From NCBI GenBank assembly GCA_963798845.1, contig CAWCUS010000006.1, forward strand, positions 1,024,001 through 1,088,000: a stretch of DNA of 64,000 nt. Direction: 5' to 3'. The position numbers were made by a program, and so were the translations under genes. Positions 1-10,846 of the stretch are shown piece by piece. Source of the DNA: an uncultured Gemmatimonadales bacterium (GTDB lineage: Bacteria > Gemmatimonadota > Gemmatimonadetes > Longimicrobiales > RSA9). Numbering within the stretch: the first letter of the stretch is position 1; each line of letters begins with the position of its first letter. The notes beneath the pieces were generated by a model. The model saw only the letters and a program-made list of their open reading frames with translations, was not told the DNA's origin and made no database searches.

Positions 1-278
1 TCCTCCTCGTCCGCCTCCCCCTCCGCGGTCAGGCTCGACCGGATCTGGGCGACGCTCACGACCCGGCGATCGATGTGCAAACCGAGCCCGGCGGTGAGCG
101 CCGATTCCACGTTGCGCACCACCTGCTTGGGGTGGATGTCGGGAGTGCACAGGATGTGGATCTCGACGAGCCTGCCCGTATCGTCGGCGACCACGTGCGC
201 GGAAACGATTCCGGCCAGGGAGGCGAGGAGCTCCTCGGCAGCGCGAGTCGTGGGTGCGGGCTTCTGGGCAGAGCTCAT
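1..278 (-). CDS. conserved hypothetical protein, 5' part (runs off window start)
   Basis: Read by hand from ATG at 278: [80 protein letters not shown]. Open to the window edge, GC3-rich codons, divergent from trxB. Confidence 0.7.
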   Translation of the reverse strand, partial: MSSAQKPAPTTRAAEELLASLAGIVSAHVVADDTGRLVEIHILCTPDIHPKQVVRNVESALTAGLGLHIDRRVVSVAQIRSSLTAEGEADEE

Positions 279-410
279 TCGCAGGGCATTGAGTGCATTC
301 CGTCGCCGTGCATCGGTCTCGAATGTAGCCTTCAACCATTCGGGTTGGAGGGGGTTGGCAGGAATCTTACCTTTCGGCAGCATCACGGGAAAGAGCGAAC
401 CGGAATCGAA

Positions 411-1433
411 ATGGGTGATGACATGGACAGGATAGAGAACGTGGTGATCATCGGCTCAGGGCCCTCCGCGTGGACAGCGGCGCTGTACGCCGCCAGGGCC
501 GATCTGAAGCCGTGGGTCCTGGAGGGTGAGCCCGAGGGGATCATGCTCCCCGGCGGGCAGCTCATGATCACGACCGAGGTGGAGAACTTCCCCGGCTTCC
601 CGGAGGGGATCACCGGGCCGGAGCTGATGGAGCGCATGAAGGAACAGGCCATGCGCTTCGGAGCGCGCTCCAGGATGGAGATGGTGGAGAAGGTCGACCT
701 TTCGGAGCGCCCGTTCACGATCACCACCCGTGGCGGCGAGGAGGTGAGGTCCCACACGCTCATCATCTCCACCGGCGCCAACGCGCGCTGGTTGGGCGTG
801 CCGAACGAGGAGAGGCTGGCGCAGAGCGGCGGCGGAGTGTCCGCGTGCGCCGTGTGCGACGCCGCGCTCCCGGTCTTCAGGGAGCAGGTGCTGGCCGTGG
901 TGGGCGGTGGCGACTCGGCCATGGAAGAGGCGCTGTACGCCAGCAAGTTCGCGAGCAAGGTCTACATCATCCATCGTCGGGACGAGCTGCGCGCTTCCCG
1001 GATCATGGCCGAACGCGTGCTCGGGCACCCGAAGATCGAGGTCGTCTGGAACAAGGTGGTCTCGGAGGTCATCGGTTACGACCAGATCACAGGGGTGAAG
1101 CTCGAGGACACGGTGACCGGCGAGACGAGCGAGCTGGAAGTGGGTGGAATGTTCGTCGCCATCGGCCATAAGCCGAACACGGCCTTCCTCGCCGGGCAGC
1201 TGGAGCTGACCGCCCACGGCTACATCAGGACGAAGCCGTGGCGCACCGCCACGGAGATCGACGGCGTGTTCGCCGCCGGCGACGTGATGGACGACTACTA
1301 CCGGCAGGCCATAACCGCCGCCGGGACCGGGTGCATGGCCGCGCTCGAGGCCGAGCGGTGGCTGTCGCACCACGGCATCGGCGAGTCCCCCGTCCTGGAG
1401 ACGGCCGAGGCGCCGGTCCCCGCAACGGACTGA
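411..1433 (+). CDS. trxB: thioredoxin-disulfide reductase
   Basis: [11 protein letters not shown] motif, CAVC redox centre, [25 protein letters not shown]. Start at ATG 411 or 423 rather than 75. Confidence 0.95.
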   Translation: MGDDMDRIENVVIIGSGPSAWTAALYAARADLKPWVLEGEPEGIMLPGGQLMITTEVENFPGFPEGITGPELMERMKEQAMRFGARSRMEMVEKVDLSERPFTITTRGGEEVRSHTLIISTGANARWLGVPNEERLAQSGGGVSACAVCDAALPVFREQVLAVVGGGDSAMEEALYASKFASKVYIIHRRDELRASRIMAERVLGHPKIEVVWNKVVSEVIGYDQITGVKLEDTVTGETSELEVGGMFVAIGHKPNTAFLAGQLELTAHGYIRTKPWRTATEIDGVFAAGDVMDDYYRQAITAAGTGCMAALEAERWLSHHGIGESPVLETAEAPVPATD

Positions 1434-1507
1434 GGCGCGGAGGTGGCGGGAGGGGACGGCCAACGGCGCGAGATGCCGTTGTTCGCTCCGTCTGCCGCTC
1501 GCCGTGA

Positions 1508-3619
1508 TCAGAAGATCTTGCGCACGCGGTTCCAGAGCCGGTCGAAGATGCGGTCGACTCCGGTCTCGGGGTGGACGGGGCAGTAGCTCCGGGGCTCGGT
1601 GCCGACGAGGAAATACTCGATGCGCACGTCCTCGGGCGGGCAGTCGTCGGTGGCGAGATAGCCCGTCTGCTCGTCCACCTGGGCACTCACGATGTTGGAC
1701 GGCGGCGTCCACGGGGCCGGAGCCGGGCGATTCTCGTACGCCTTTTCCATGAGGTGGGCCCAGACGGGGGCCGCGAGGCGCCCGCCGCTCGCGCCGGGCA
1801 TGATCGGCCGGGGCTGGTCGAATCCCAACCAGACGCCCGCCACGAGATCCGGCGTGAGGCCGACGAACCATACGTCCTTGCCGTCGTTGGTGGTGCCCGT
1901 CTTCCCTGCGGCCGGGAGCCAGAAGCCGTCGCGGCGGATGGAGGCCGCGGTGCCGGAGTTCACCACCTCCTCCATGAGGCTGAGGGTGAGGAAGGCGACG
2001 CCGGGGTCCAGCACCTGCCGTGCCGGCGGGGCGGCCTGCCAGAGCACGTTCCCCTCGCCGTCCTCGACGCTCTGGATCAGCGTCGGCCGCACCCGGAATC
2101 CGCCGTTGCCGAAGGCCGCGAACGCCGCCACCAGCTCGGCGGGAATGACTTCAGCCGAACCGAGGTTGATGGACGGGTACGGCGGGATCGGCGTGGACAG
2201 GCCAAGGCGCTTGCCCATTTCCGCGACGCGCTTCTCCCCGACCCAGTGGCCCAGCCGGACGGCGGCGTTGTTGGAGGAAACCGCCAGGGCGGTCCGGACC
2301 GAGAGGGTCCTGACCGTGTCGGCGAGGTGGTCGCCGGGGCGCCATGCGCGGGAGCCTGCCTCATCGATCTCGACCGGCGTGGTCTCCAGCCTCGCGGTGG
2401 GCGGCAGGCCGGATTCCAGTGCGGTGGCGTAAACGATGGGCTTGAATGCCGACCCTGGCTGCCGGCGCGCCTGAAGCGCCCTGTCGAACTGGGATGTCGC
2501 GAAGTCGCGACCGCCGACCAGTGCCCGCAGCAGCCCGGTTGCCGGGTCCATCACGACGACGAGCCCCTGGAGCACGGGTGAGTCGGGATCCCGTGCCGGC
2601 CCCTTGGGGTGGGAGTACTTGCCGTAGCGCCCTTCCTCGATGCGGCCGATCTGCGCCCGGAGCTCGTCGCGGGAGAGCTTCTGGAGATCGGGGTCGAGAC
2701 CCGTGTGCACGACCAGTCCGCGGACGTCGGCATCGGGACCGAACCGCTCCTTCAGCTCCTTTCGCACGGCGGCCACGAAGTACGGCGCCGCCCCGGCGGC
2801 CTCCGGCGGCGGGGCGAGACTGATCGCCTCGCGGCGGGCTCGGGCGGCGGTCGCCTCGTCGATGACACCGGCCCGGGCCATGACGTCGAGGACGATGTCG
2901 CGCCGTTCGAGGGCGCGGTCCGGGTTCTTCCGGGGGTTGTATCCTTCCGGGCTCTTGACCAGCGCGACGAGCATGGCGGCCTCGGCCGCGTCGAGGTCCC
3001 GCGCCTGCTTTCCGAAATACCCTTCGGAGGCGGCCTCGACGCCGTAGAGTCCGCCGCCCAGGTAGATCTGGTTGAGGTAGAGCTGCAGGATCGCACGCTT
3101 GGGCAGCTCTGCCTCGATGCGGCGGGCGAGGTAGACCTCGCACACCTTGCGGCCGAGCTTGGCGCTCATGGGCAGCCGCTCGGGGAAGATGCTCCGGGCC
3201 AGCTGCATGGTGATGGTGCTGGACCCCTCCTCGAACGACAGGCTTCGCAGGTCGTGCAAAGCCGCGCGCGCCACGCCGCGCAGGTCCACGCCGCCGTGCT
3301 CCCAGAAGCGGCGGTCCTCGACGGAGACGAAGCCTTCGCGCAGGAGGGGCGGGATCTCGGCCATGTCCACCACAACCCGGCGCTGCGGCGACAGGTCGGC
3401 CACCAGGGAGCCGTCCATGGCCAGGACGCGCGTGGCTTCGGGCGGGCGATAGTCGCGCAGGTCCGCCACCGAGGGGCACCCCTCGCCCCGCACGCCCGTG
3501 ACAGTGAGGGCGGACCACGTGAGGAGTCCGGCCGCGGCCAGTGCCAGCAGGAGGGTGAGGGCGACCAGGGCACGCCGGAACCGGCCCCAGCGCCTCCAGC
3601 GGGCGAACAGCTTCTTCAT
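1508..3619 (-). CDS. class A penicillin-binding protein (PBP1A family)
   Basis: N-terminal TM; transglycosylase EDRRFWEHGG and GSSTITMQL; transpeptidase SAFK, SNN, KTGT. Confidence 0.93.
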   Translation of the reverse strand: MKKLFARWRRWGRFRRALVALTLLLALAAAGLLTWSALTVTGVRGEGCPSVADLRDYRPPEATRVLAMDGSLVADLSPQRRVVVDMAEIPPLLREGFVSVEDRRFWEHGGVDLRGVARAALHDLRSLSFEEGSSTITMQLARSIFPERLPMSAKLGRKVCEVYLARRIEAELPKRAILQLYLNQIYLGGGLYGVEAASEGYFGKQARDLDAAEAAMLVALVKSPEGYNPRKNPDRALERRDIVLDVMARAGVIDEATAARARREAISLAPPPEAAGAAPYFVAAVRKELKERFGPDADVRGLVVHTGLDPDLQKLSRDELRAQIGRIEEGRYGKYSHPKGPARDPDSPVLQGLVVVMDPATGLLRALVGGRDFATSQFDRALQARRQPGSAFKPIVYATALESGLPPTARLETTPVEIDEAGSRAWRPGDHLADTVRTLSVRTALAVSSNNAAVRLGHWVGEKRVAEMGKRLGLSTPIPPYPSINLGSAEVIPAELVAAFAAFGNGGFRVRPTLIQSVEDGEGNVLWQAAPPARQVLDPGVAFLTLSLMEEVVNSGTAASIRRDGFWLPAAGKTGTTNDGKDVWFVGLTPDLVAGVWLGFDQPRPIMPGASGGRLAAPVWAHLMEKAYENRPAPAPWTPPSNIVSAQVDEQTGYLATDDCPPEDVRIEYFLVGTEPRSYCPVHPETGVDRIFDRLWNRVRKIF

Positions 3620-3640
3620 GCGTGCGACTCCTCGTGCGCG

Positions 3641-4369
3641 CTACTTCAGCAGCCGACCCCCGTCCACGGCGACGATGGAGCCGGTTGCGAAATCCGAACG
3701 GATCAGGAAAAGAAGCGCCTCGGCGACGTCGTCGGGGCTCCCCAGCCGTTTCAGGACCGTCCGCTCCACCGTGGCGGCGATCTGCTCCTCTGTATAGTCC
3801 TCGGGCGGCAGTACGGTTCCCGGAACTATGCAATTCACGCGCACGTGGGGCGCGAGAACGCGGGCGGAGACACGCGTGAGCTGGATCAGCCCGGCTTTCG
3901 ACACGCCGTGGTGCGCGAAACGCGGCCACGCCTGCAGCCCGGCCAGGTCGGCGACGTTGATGATCACGCCCGCCCCGGCCTGGAGGAAGGGTGCCGCGGA
4001 GCGCGTGAGGAGGAACGGCGCCCGCAGGTTGACCGCCATGACGCGGTCCCACGACTCGGCCGTGATCTCGAGGAAGGGGCCGGACTCGAAGAGGGACGCG
4101 CTGTTCACGAGCACGTCGAGGCCGCCGAAATGCTCCGCCACGCGCCCGGGCAGCGCTTCGGCCTCGGCCGGATCGCCGAGGTCGGCGCCGACGGCCCAGG
4201 CCCTGCGCCCCAGCGCTTCCACGGCGCGAGCGGTATCGCGGGCGGCGTCGCAGGAGGCGTGATAGTGGACGGCCACGTCGGCGCCGGCGCGGGCCAGCGC
4301 CAGGACGAGAGCCCGGCCCACCCGGCGGGCGCCGCCGGTGACCAGGGCGGTACGGTCGGCGAGGTCCAT
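3641..4369 (-). CDS. SDR oxidoreductase (pteridine reductase/FolM-like)
   Basis: TGGARRVG cofactor motif typical of PTR1/FolM, LVNSAS, HGVSK at the YxxxK position. Confidence 0.8.
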   Translation of the reverse strand: MDLADRTALVTGGARRVGRALVLALARAGADVAVHYHASCDAARDTARAVEALGRRAWAVGADLGDPAEAEALPGRVAEHFGGLDVLVNSASLFESGPFLEITAESWDRVMAVNLRAPFLLTRSAAPFLQAGAGVIINVADLAGLQAWPRFAHHGVSKAGLIQLTRVSARVLAPHVRVNCIVPGTVLPPEDYTEEQIAATVERTVLKRLGSPDDVAEALLFLIRSDFATGSIVAVDGGRLLK

Positions 4370-4507
4370 GCGTGGAAGGTTAGTGGCGTGTGGGGGGACG
4401 GGCCAGGGCGAAGCGCCGGTCCGGGAAGCGGCGTCCCCTGCACGAGCACGGCCCCGGCAGCTGCTGCCGGGGCCGTGCCGTTCTGAAGCGGCGCGCCTGC
4501 GCTGTCG

Positions 4508-5722
4508 CTAGTTCAGGTTGGGGTTGGAGATCCGCTCGTTGAGGCTGATCGGGATACAGGCGTCGCGACCGTCGAGGAAGCCGTTGTGCGAGGCGCCGGT
4601 CGCGCTGTACCAGCGTCGCAGATCGCCCAGGCGGCGCGCCTCCAGCCACAGCACGGCGCCCCGCTCCTTCTCGAGTGCGGTCCATGCATCAGCGGCCGTC
4701 GCCGCTGAGATGGGGTCGAGGGCGTAGGCGTCCCGTTCTTCGTTCATGAGGGCGACAGCACCAGGCAGGTCGTTGTTGCGCAGCGCAGCCTCGGCGCGGA
4801 TGAGCAGCATTTCGGTGCCCTTGGCCAGCGGGATGTTGGCGTCGAGGGTCGGGTACTTCATCTGGCGGAAATAGATGGTGTGACCGTCCTGCCCCACCTG
4901 GAGTTTTCCGCTCGACGTCAGGACCGTGTCCCACGGAACGCGCGGGTCGTTGCCCGGGTTTGCCGCCCACTGCGTGCCCCAGACGCTGAATTCGCGGCGC
5001 GTCTGTGTCTCGTAGGCGAGCTCGTTGTTCTCGCGGCTGGTGTTCATCGACATGATGGCGTCGTACTGGAGAGTGATCGGCACCTGCTCAGCATCGGCCG
5101 CGGCGCCCTCCCAGTCGCCGAGGTCCGCGCGCACGGACGCCCGGCCGGCGAGCGCGGCGCTGGCGAGGTCGCCGTGGCCCTGGGCGTTCGCGAGCGCGAG
5201 CGCCTGGGTGAACGCCGAGTCCGCACGCTCGAAGTGTACGGTGTAGTCCTGACTGGGCCCGCCATCGATCACGGCGTAGCAGACGTTTTCGCCGAGCAGC
5301 CGGTTGGCGAAGCCCATGTACAGGTAGGCTCGTACGGCGAGCGTGCTCGAGGCAAAGTCCGAGCCGAGTACGTCGCGCAGCCGCTGGATCCCGGTTTCGG
5401 CGACCCAGCGTGCGCCGTGCATCTCCGCCCACTCGCCTACGACCGCGTCGGACGGGATCTCACCGGCGGCGTAGAAGTTCTCGTCCGAGTAGTTGCCCGA
5501 ATGCATCATCTCGTCACTCATGACGGAGACGGACATGGACAGGTCGCTGACGGCCTGGGAGAGGTCCGCCGACATGCCGGTAACCAGTCCGGGCATGGCG
5601 GCGGCCGTGTTCAACGCCTCGTCGGGAAGCGGGCCGGGGTTCGTTACGTTCAGGTCGCACGCCGCCACCAGGAGGGCGGTCGCGACGAACAGGGCTCCGG
5701 CGAGCCGAATGTGATTCGTCAT
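4508..5722 (-). CDS. RagB/SusD-family lipoprotein
   Basis: Lipobox LLVAAC, EMLLIRAEA and ER..LWLEARRLGDLRR SusD-like C-terminus, directly downstream of SusC. Confidence 0.88.
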   Translation of the reverse strand: MTNHIRLAGALFVATALLVAACDLNVTNPGPLPDEALNTAAAMPGLVTGMSADLSQAVSDLSMSVSVMSDEMMHSGNYSDENFYAAGEIPSDAVVGEWAEMHGARWVAETGIQRLRDVLGSDFASSTLAVRAYLYMGFANRLLGENVCYAVIDGGPSQDYTVHFERADSAFTQALALANAQGHGDLASAALAGRASVRADLGDWEGAAADAEQVPITLQYDAIMSMNTSRENNELAYETQTRREFSVWGTQWAANPGNDPRVPWDTVLTSSGKLQVGQDGHTIYFRQMKYPTLDANIPLAKGTEMLLIRAEAALRNNDLPGAVALMNEERDAYALDPISAATAADAWTALEKERGAVLWLEARRLGDLRRWYSATGASHNGFLDGRDACIPISLNERISNPNLN

Positions 5723-5735
5723 GTTTGCTCCTCCG

Positions 5736-8696
5736 TCAGAAGTCGACGCGCAGAGTGGCCAGGAACGTCCGCGCCGGCGGCAGGACGTAATAGTCGCGCC
5801 TCGAGAAGCTGCCGTCGCGCTGGTCGGCCACCTCGGGGTCGGCCCCGCTGAACCTGGACCACTTGAACAGGTTCCGCCCGGCCACCGTGAGGCTTGCGTT
5901 GTGGCCGCCCGGGAAGAACCGGTCGGGAATGGCGTAGGTCAGCGCCACACTGCGCAGCTTGAAGAAGTCCGTGGGCTCGACCCACAGGGCATAGTCCCGG
6001 ACACTGCTGGTGAGCGTGCAGCGCGCTCGTTCCAGCGCGGTGACATCGTCGAGAGCGTGATCATCTCCGGCGGCCGCGGCCTTGAGCTTGGCCTGCACGC
6101 CGTAACATGGCTGCCACGTCTGTTTGTACGCGTTCTGATAGGCCGTGGCATTCAGCAGGTGTCCACCGAGCTGCCACTCTCCGACCGCCTGGAAGGTGAG
6201 GCTCTTCATCAGCGTGATGTCCACCGACGGCGAGATGATCTTCGTCGGATAGGCGGAGCCGAGATAGGTGCTGGCCACGGAGCCGGTGGAGTCGGTCACG
6301 AACACGGGATCCTCGTAGGCATCCGGGTTCGCCACCTTCTTGCCGAAGTACGAGGGAACGGGATAGCCGTCCTCCACGTACGTGCGCGAGAGGTCGTTGA
6401 TGATGAGCCGCTCGCCACCGACGTCACCCGCCTCGCTTTGGACGGTGGAGAAGTTCAGGTGTGCGTTCAGCTCCACCTCGTCGGCGCGCACGAGCCCGAG
6501 GTCCAGGCGGCTCTCGAAGCCGCTGTTGTAGATCTCCCCGACGTTCTCGAGCTGCGTGGCGCTGAACCCTTCCGACGGCGGGAATACGACCGGGATGAGC
6601 GCATCGAAGGTGTGCTGGTGATAATACGTGACTTCCAGGCCAATGCGCCCTCTGAGCGCGCTGGCGTCGAAGCCGACCTCCGTCTCACGCGTGCGCTCCG
6701 GGCCCAGCTCCGGGTTGCCGATCTGCGCCGGCGTGAAGCCCGGCTGACCGTTGTCGCCGGCGACCGGATCCCAGGTGCGCACGGCGTCGAAGGCGCCCGG
6801 GGCCTTACCCGATTCGCCGATCGCGCCGCGCAGCTTGAAGGTCTCGATGGCCTCCGGCCAGAAGTCGTAGTCGGACAGGACGTAGGAGGCGCTCAGCTTC
6901 GGGTAGGGCTGCAGACCGAAGCTCTCACCGAACGAGCTGTTGCCATCCACGCGCAGCCCCGCCGTCACGAAGAGCCGGTCCTGGAAGGCCACCTGCTCCT
7001 GCAGGAAGAAACCGGCATTGACCTCCCGCAGATAGCTGGAGGTGGTGACGTCTCGCTGCGCCGCCGACGTCAGCGTCGGCTCGCCGGGGCCGGAGAAGTC
7101 GGCGGCGTCCACGCTGGTCCGGGTGCTGCGGCTGTCGAACAGCTGGGCGCCCCAGGACGAGGTAGTGGCCAGGCCGAACAGGTCGATGTTGAAGGAGCCC
7201 GCGTAGTCGGCGGACAGCAGGACCCGTTTCCACCCATCCCACCACAGCTCACCGAGCGGGACGCGCGGGAAGCCGAACGGGTCGAGGGTGTTGTTGTCCA
7301 GGTTGTTGTAGTCGTAGCCCAGACTGAACCGGTTCGTGAGCGCCTGTGAGGGGTTGTAGTTGAGCGATATCCCGCTGATGTAGTGATCCGACTTCGTGGT
7401 GTTGTCCGTCGTGAAGATGGCGCCGTTGTCGAGGCATACCACGTCTGGATCGCTGCAGTCCGTCCCCTTGAAGTTGTTGAACGGGCCGCGAGACATGTTC
7501 AGCAGGACACCGTTGGCGTTGTTGCCATCCGGAACCCACTGAGTGTTGCGCCGCGTGTACGCGGAGCTGACCGCGACCTTGACCTTGGGCGAGGGCAGGA
7601 AGGAGAAGTTGGCGCGGAACCCACCGTCGGCGGTGCCGCCGTCGCCGAGCACGCCGCGCTCGTTCCTGTAGTTGCCGGCCAAATAGTAGGTCATGTCGCC
7701 CGCACCGCCGTGCACCGAGAGGCCGTAGCGCTGGATCGGGCCGCGCTTGAGCCAGCTCCCGCTGGCCGGGCAGCTCGGATCCTCGAAGCGCGTCCCGTCC
7801 CCGGCCACCATGTTCGGGCCGCGGCACTCGTTCAGGAACATCCCGGTCGGGTCGCTCGATGCACCCACGTGCCCCATGCTGTTGAAGCCCGCCCCGACCT
7901 CGGCGTTCCACTGCGGCGCCCCGGTCGAGCCGCCCTTCGTGAAGATCTGGATCACGCCGCCGGACGCCTCGGTGCCATAGAGCGTCGTAGCCGCCGGGCC
8001 CTTGATCACCTCGATGCGCGCGATGTCATTGGGCGAGAGGTCGTTCAGCGGCATCGCGGCCTGGCGCGAGGCGATGCTCGTGGGGGCGGAGCCGTTGTAG
8101 ATCCGGATCCCGTCCACGTAGATGATCGGACTGTTCCCCTGGCTCACGCTGTTGTTGCCGCGCAGGCGGATGTTGCCGCCCGCGCCGGGCTGCCCGGAGT
8201 TCTGAAGCACGCTCACGCCGGGCGAGCTCGCAGCCAGGATGTCCTGGGGATTCGCGACGGCCGTGGCCGCGAACTGCTTCGGATCGATGGTGGAGACGCT
8301 GTTGCCGATCTGCCGCTTGCGCTCCTGTCCCGTGGCCGTCACCACCAGCTCGTCCAGTGCGACCGCTGTCTGGGAGATCTCGAAGTCCAGCGTCACCGGT
8401 CCGTCGGCGACCACCACTTCCTTCGTCACCGGGCCGTAGCCGATAATGGTGACGCGGACCTGCGCGCGACCCGCCTTCACGCCGATGATCAGATACTGGC
8501 CCTGCGTGTTCGAAAGCGCGCCAAGGCCGGTGCCGCTCACCGACAGCTGGGCGCCGACAATCGGTTGGCCCGTACCCGCGTCCGTGACTCTGCCATGAAT
8601 CGTGCTCTCCGCCTGTTGGGCGGCGAGCGGGCCAGTTCCCGCCAGGAGCCCGAGGCCGAGCGCTATCGCCAGCCAACCCTTTCTTCCGCCTGCCAT
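5736..8696 (-). CDS. SusC/RagA-family TonB-dependent outer membrane receptor
   Basis: Signal peptide, carboxypeptidase-regulatory-like domain, plug motif IEVIKGPAATTLYGTEASGGVIQIFTK, NPELGPERTRE, terminal Phe. Confidence 0.93.
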   Translation of the reverse strand: MAGGRKGWLAIALGLGLLAGTGPLAAQQAESTIHGRVTDAGTGQPIVGAQLSVSGTGLGALSNTQGQYLIIGVKAGRAQVRVTIIGYGPVTKEVVVADGPVTLDFEISQTAVALDELVVTATGQERKRQIGNSVSTIDPKQFAATAVANPQDILAASSPGVSVLQNSGQPGAGGNIRLRGNNSVSQGNSPIIYVDGIRIYNGSAPTSIASRQAAMPLNDLSPNDIARIEVIKGPAATTLYGTEASGGVIQIFTKGGSTGAPQWNAEVGAGFNSMGHVGASSDPTGMFLNECRGPNMVAGDGTRFEDPSCPASGSWLKRGPIQRYGLSVHGGAGDMTYYLAGNYRNERGVLGDGGTADGGFRANFSFLPSPKVKVAVSSAYTRRNTQWVPDGNNANGVLLNMSRGPFNNFKGTDCSDPDVVCLDNGAIFTTDNTTKSDHYISGISLNYNPSQALTNRFSLGYDYNNLDNNTLDPFGFPRVPLGELWWDGWKRVLLSADYAGSFNIDLFGLATTSSWGAQLFDSRSTRTSVDAADFSGPGEPTLTSAAQRDVTTSSYLREVNAGFFLQEQVAFQDRLFVTAGLRVDGNSSFGESFGLQPYPKLSASYVLSDYDFWPEAIETFKLRGAIGESGKAPGAFDAVRTWDPVAGDNGQPGFTPAQIGNPELGPERTRETEVGFDASALRGRIGLEVTYYHQHTFDALIPVVFPPSEGFSATQLENVGEIYNSGFESRLDLGLVRADEVELNAHLNFSTVQSEAGDVGGERLIINDLSRTYVEDGYPVPSYFGKKVANPDAYEDPVFVTDSTGSVASTYLGSAYPTKIISPSVDITLMKSLTFQAVGEWQLGGHLLNATAYQNAYKQTWQPCYGVQAKLKAAAAGDDHALDDVTALERARCTLTSSVRDYALWVEPTDFFKLRSVALTYAIPDRFFPGGHNASLTVAGRNLFKWSRFSGADPEVADQRDGSFSRRDYYVLPPARTFLATLRVDF

Positions 8697-8907
8697 TGCG
8701 CCCTCCTGATCTTCAGTGTCGGAGGTGAGTGGTGATGTGCTGCGGGTTCAGCGCCCGCGGGGCGCCCACCAGGTCGAACCCCGGTCAGGTGCAAGCCGAC
8801 ATCGGGCGAACGCGGCCGCGCGCAGGCGCGACTGCCTTGGCCTGGTCCAGCACAGGACTCCGGGGCCGGTCTTTATGGGTAGAGAGGGGCATTCGTCGGA
8901 AGAAGAC

Positions 8908-8936
8908 AGTATACGGCGGAACCGTCGGCCTGGCAC
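8908..8936 (-). promoter_or_regulatory. sigma70-like promoter of susCD
   Basis: Minus strand GTGCCA-17 nt-TATACT, giving a ~200-nt leader before susC. Confidence 0.5.
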
Positions 8937-9028
8937 TGTTCTCATCGTCCCTGTCCGCCGGCGAGGCGGCGGGGGCCGAAGGTGCGCAGGCTCGCCCGAT
9001 CGATCCGGGAGGCGGACGTGCTGCCGCG

Positions 9029-10846
9029 TCAGTAGCCACGCGGCTCCCCGTCGTGGCGTGGGTCGGAGACTGCGATCCAGCCGTGGGGGCCGCGGACGAT
9101 GATATAGAGGCGGGCGTATTCGGGGCTGGGCCGGACGATCTCATAGCCCTGCTCATGGACCTCATGGAGGAGAGCGGCCGGGAAGCCGTGCTCGAGCTGC
9201 ACCTGGCGGCTGGAGCGGGAGGGGAAGATGCGGGGCATGAGGACGGCGTCGAGGGGGTCGAGGCCGTAATCGAGGATGTAGACCATGACCTGGGCGATCT
9301 CGGTGGGGATGCGCCCGCCCCCGGGCGCGCCGATGACCATGCGAACGCTGTCATGGTCGAGGACGAGGGTCGGCGCGATGGTGCTGATACGGGTGCGCCA
9401 GGGGCTGAGATGGGGCGTCTCGAGAATCCGGTCCGTGAACCGGAATCCGGAATCGTTGAGGAAGAAGCCATCAACCCAGGCGCCGGAGCCGAAGATGCTG
9501 CTGTTGGTCTGGGTGAGCGCGACCGCGTTGCCGTCCGAGTCGATCACGGACATGTGGGTGGTCTCGCCACGGTCGTGGCCGGCGTCACCTGCCGGGCTGG
9601 TCGTGGGGGCCGCGACCACGGGGCGCGCGGCGCCGTAGGGCTCGAATGCGAGGCAGCCCGGGGGAGGCGGGAGCGTGTCGAAGGCGGTCGGGTCGCCGGG
9701 CGGGATCGAGTCGGTCGGGTGTCCGGTGCCGACCAGGAATTCGCGAGCGGCGGTGTAGGCGCTGGAGACGATTCCGGCGGCGGGCACCGGGGCCCAGTCG
9801 GGGTCGTCGTTCACGCGAGCGTCGGCCATCCCGACGCGCAGCGCGGAGGTGAGCACGTCGAAGGCCCTGGCGGAGCGGGTGGGGAGCCCGAGCGAGCGGA
9901 GGTCGAACGGCTCGAGCAGCTCGAGTGTGTGCAGCACCTGGAGCCCTGTCTGGGGCGGGGCCGCCGAGAGGATGACGTGGCCGCGGTATTCGGCACAGAG
10001 GGGACGGAGCCAGCGGGTGCGATAGCGGGCGAGGTCGGCGGCGAGGGCGGGGTGGCCGCCGGCGTTCAGGGTGGCGAGGAGATCCCCGGCGATGCGCCCG
10101 GTGTAGAATGCGTCGCGCCCGCCCGCGGCGACGTCGCGCAGAGAAGCGGCAAGCTCGGGGTTGCGCATCCAGGCGCCGGCGGGCAGCGGGTGGCCGTCGG
10201 GCCAGAACCGGGCCCCGGCTTCCGGCGAGCGGTGCAGCTTGGCGGAGTCGGCCGCGATCATGGCGGCGAGAACCTGGCCGATGGGGAACCCATCCTCGGC
10301 AAGGCGGATCGCCGGTGCCATCACGCGGGGCCGCGACAGCACGCCGAAGCGCTGCTGGAGCTCGAGCAGGCCGGCCACGTCGCCAGGTACTCCGGCCACC
10401 CGCAGGTCGCCGGGTGCATACGGACCGCCGGTTCGGCCCTCGAACTCCGGCGCGTACTGCGCCGCGTAGAAGTCGAGATCGTACGCCTTTCGAGTGCCCG
10501 CGATCCAGACCACCGCCGCCCCGCTCCCGCCCAGCCCCGACATCTGAGGCTCCACCACGCCTACGGCGAACGCGGTGGCGACCGCTGCATCGACAGCGTT
10601 CCCGCCCGCGCGCAGGATCTCGACACCGGCTTCGCTCGCCAGCGCGTTGGCGGACGCCACGGCCCCGTGCGGAGCCACGATGCGGTGACCGAGATCGGCG
10701 GACGGCCCGCGCCATTCCTGGTTCTCGGCGGTGGGGCGCTGTTCCTGCTCCGCGGCCGCCGGCGTGGGCGCCGGAGACGGCACGGAACGGGCGCAGCCGG
10801 TCACCGCGACGGCGGCGGCGAGGGCTATGTGTCGAAGGTTCGTCAT
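9029..10846 (-). CDS. ggt: gamma-glutamyltransferase family lipoprotein
   Basis: Start MTNLRHIALAAAVAVTGC (lipobox), GGNAVDAAVA, catalytic Thr in ETTHMSVID, GAPGG, DPR..G end. Confidence 0.9.
   Translation of the reverse strand: MTNLRHIALAAAVAVTGCARSVPSPAPTPAAAEQEQRPTAENQEWRGPSADLGHRIVAPHGAVASANALASEAGVEILRAGGNAVDAAVATAFAVGVVEPQMSGLGGSGAAVVWIAGTRKAYDLDFYAAQYAPEFEGRTGGPYAPGDLRVAGVPGDVAGLLELQQRFGVLSRPRVMAPAIRLAEDGFPIGQVLAAMIAADSAKLHRSPEAGARFWPDGHPLPAGAWMRNPELAASLRDVAAGGRDAFYTGRIAGDLLATLNAGGHPALAADLARYRTRWLRPLCAEYRGHVILSAAPPQTGLQVLHTLELLEPFDLRSLGLPTRSARAFDVLTSALRVGMADARVNDDPDWAPVPAAGIVSSAYTAAREFLVGTGHPTDSIPPGDPTAFDTLPPPPGCLAFEPYGAARPVVAAPTTSPAGDAGHDRGETTHMSVIDSDGNAVALTQTNSSIFGSGAWVDGFFLNDSGFRFTDRILETPHLSPWRTRISTIAPTLVLDHDSVRMVIGAPGGGRIPTEIAQVMVYILDYGLDPLDAVLMPRIFPSRSSRQVQLEHGFPAALLHEVHEQGYEIVRPSPEYARLYIIVRGPHGWIAVSDPRHDGEPRGY

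Noticed and set aside
8709..8722. 14-nt identity (CCGACACTGAAGAT) between the susC leader and the 6S RNA at 17602-17615, suggesting pRNA antisense control
   Set aside because: A single 14-mer is within reach of chance in this window, and the expected pRNA start (~17606) would cover only 5 of these nt
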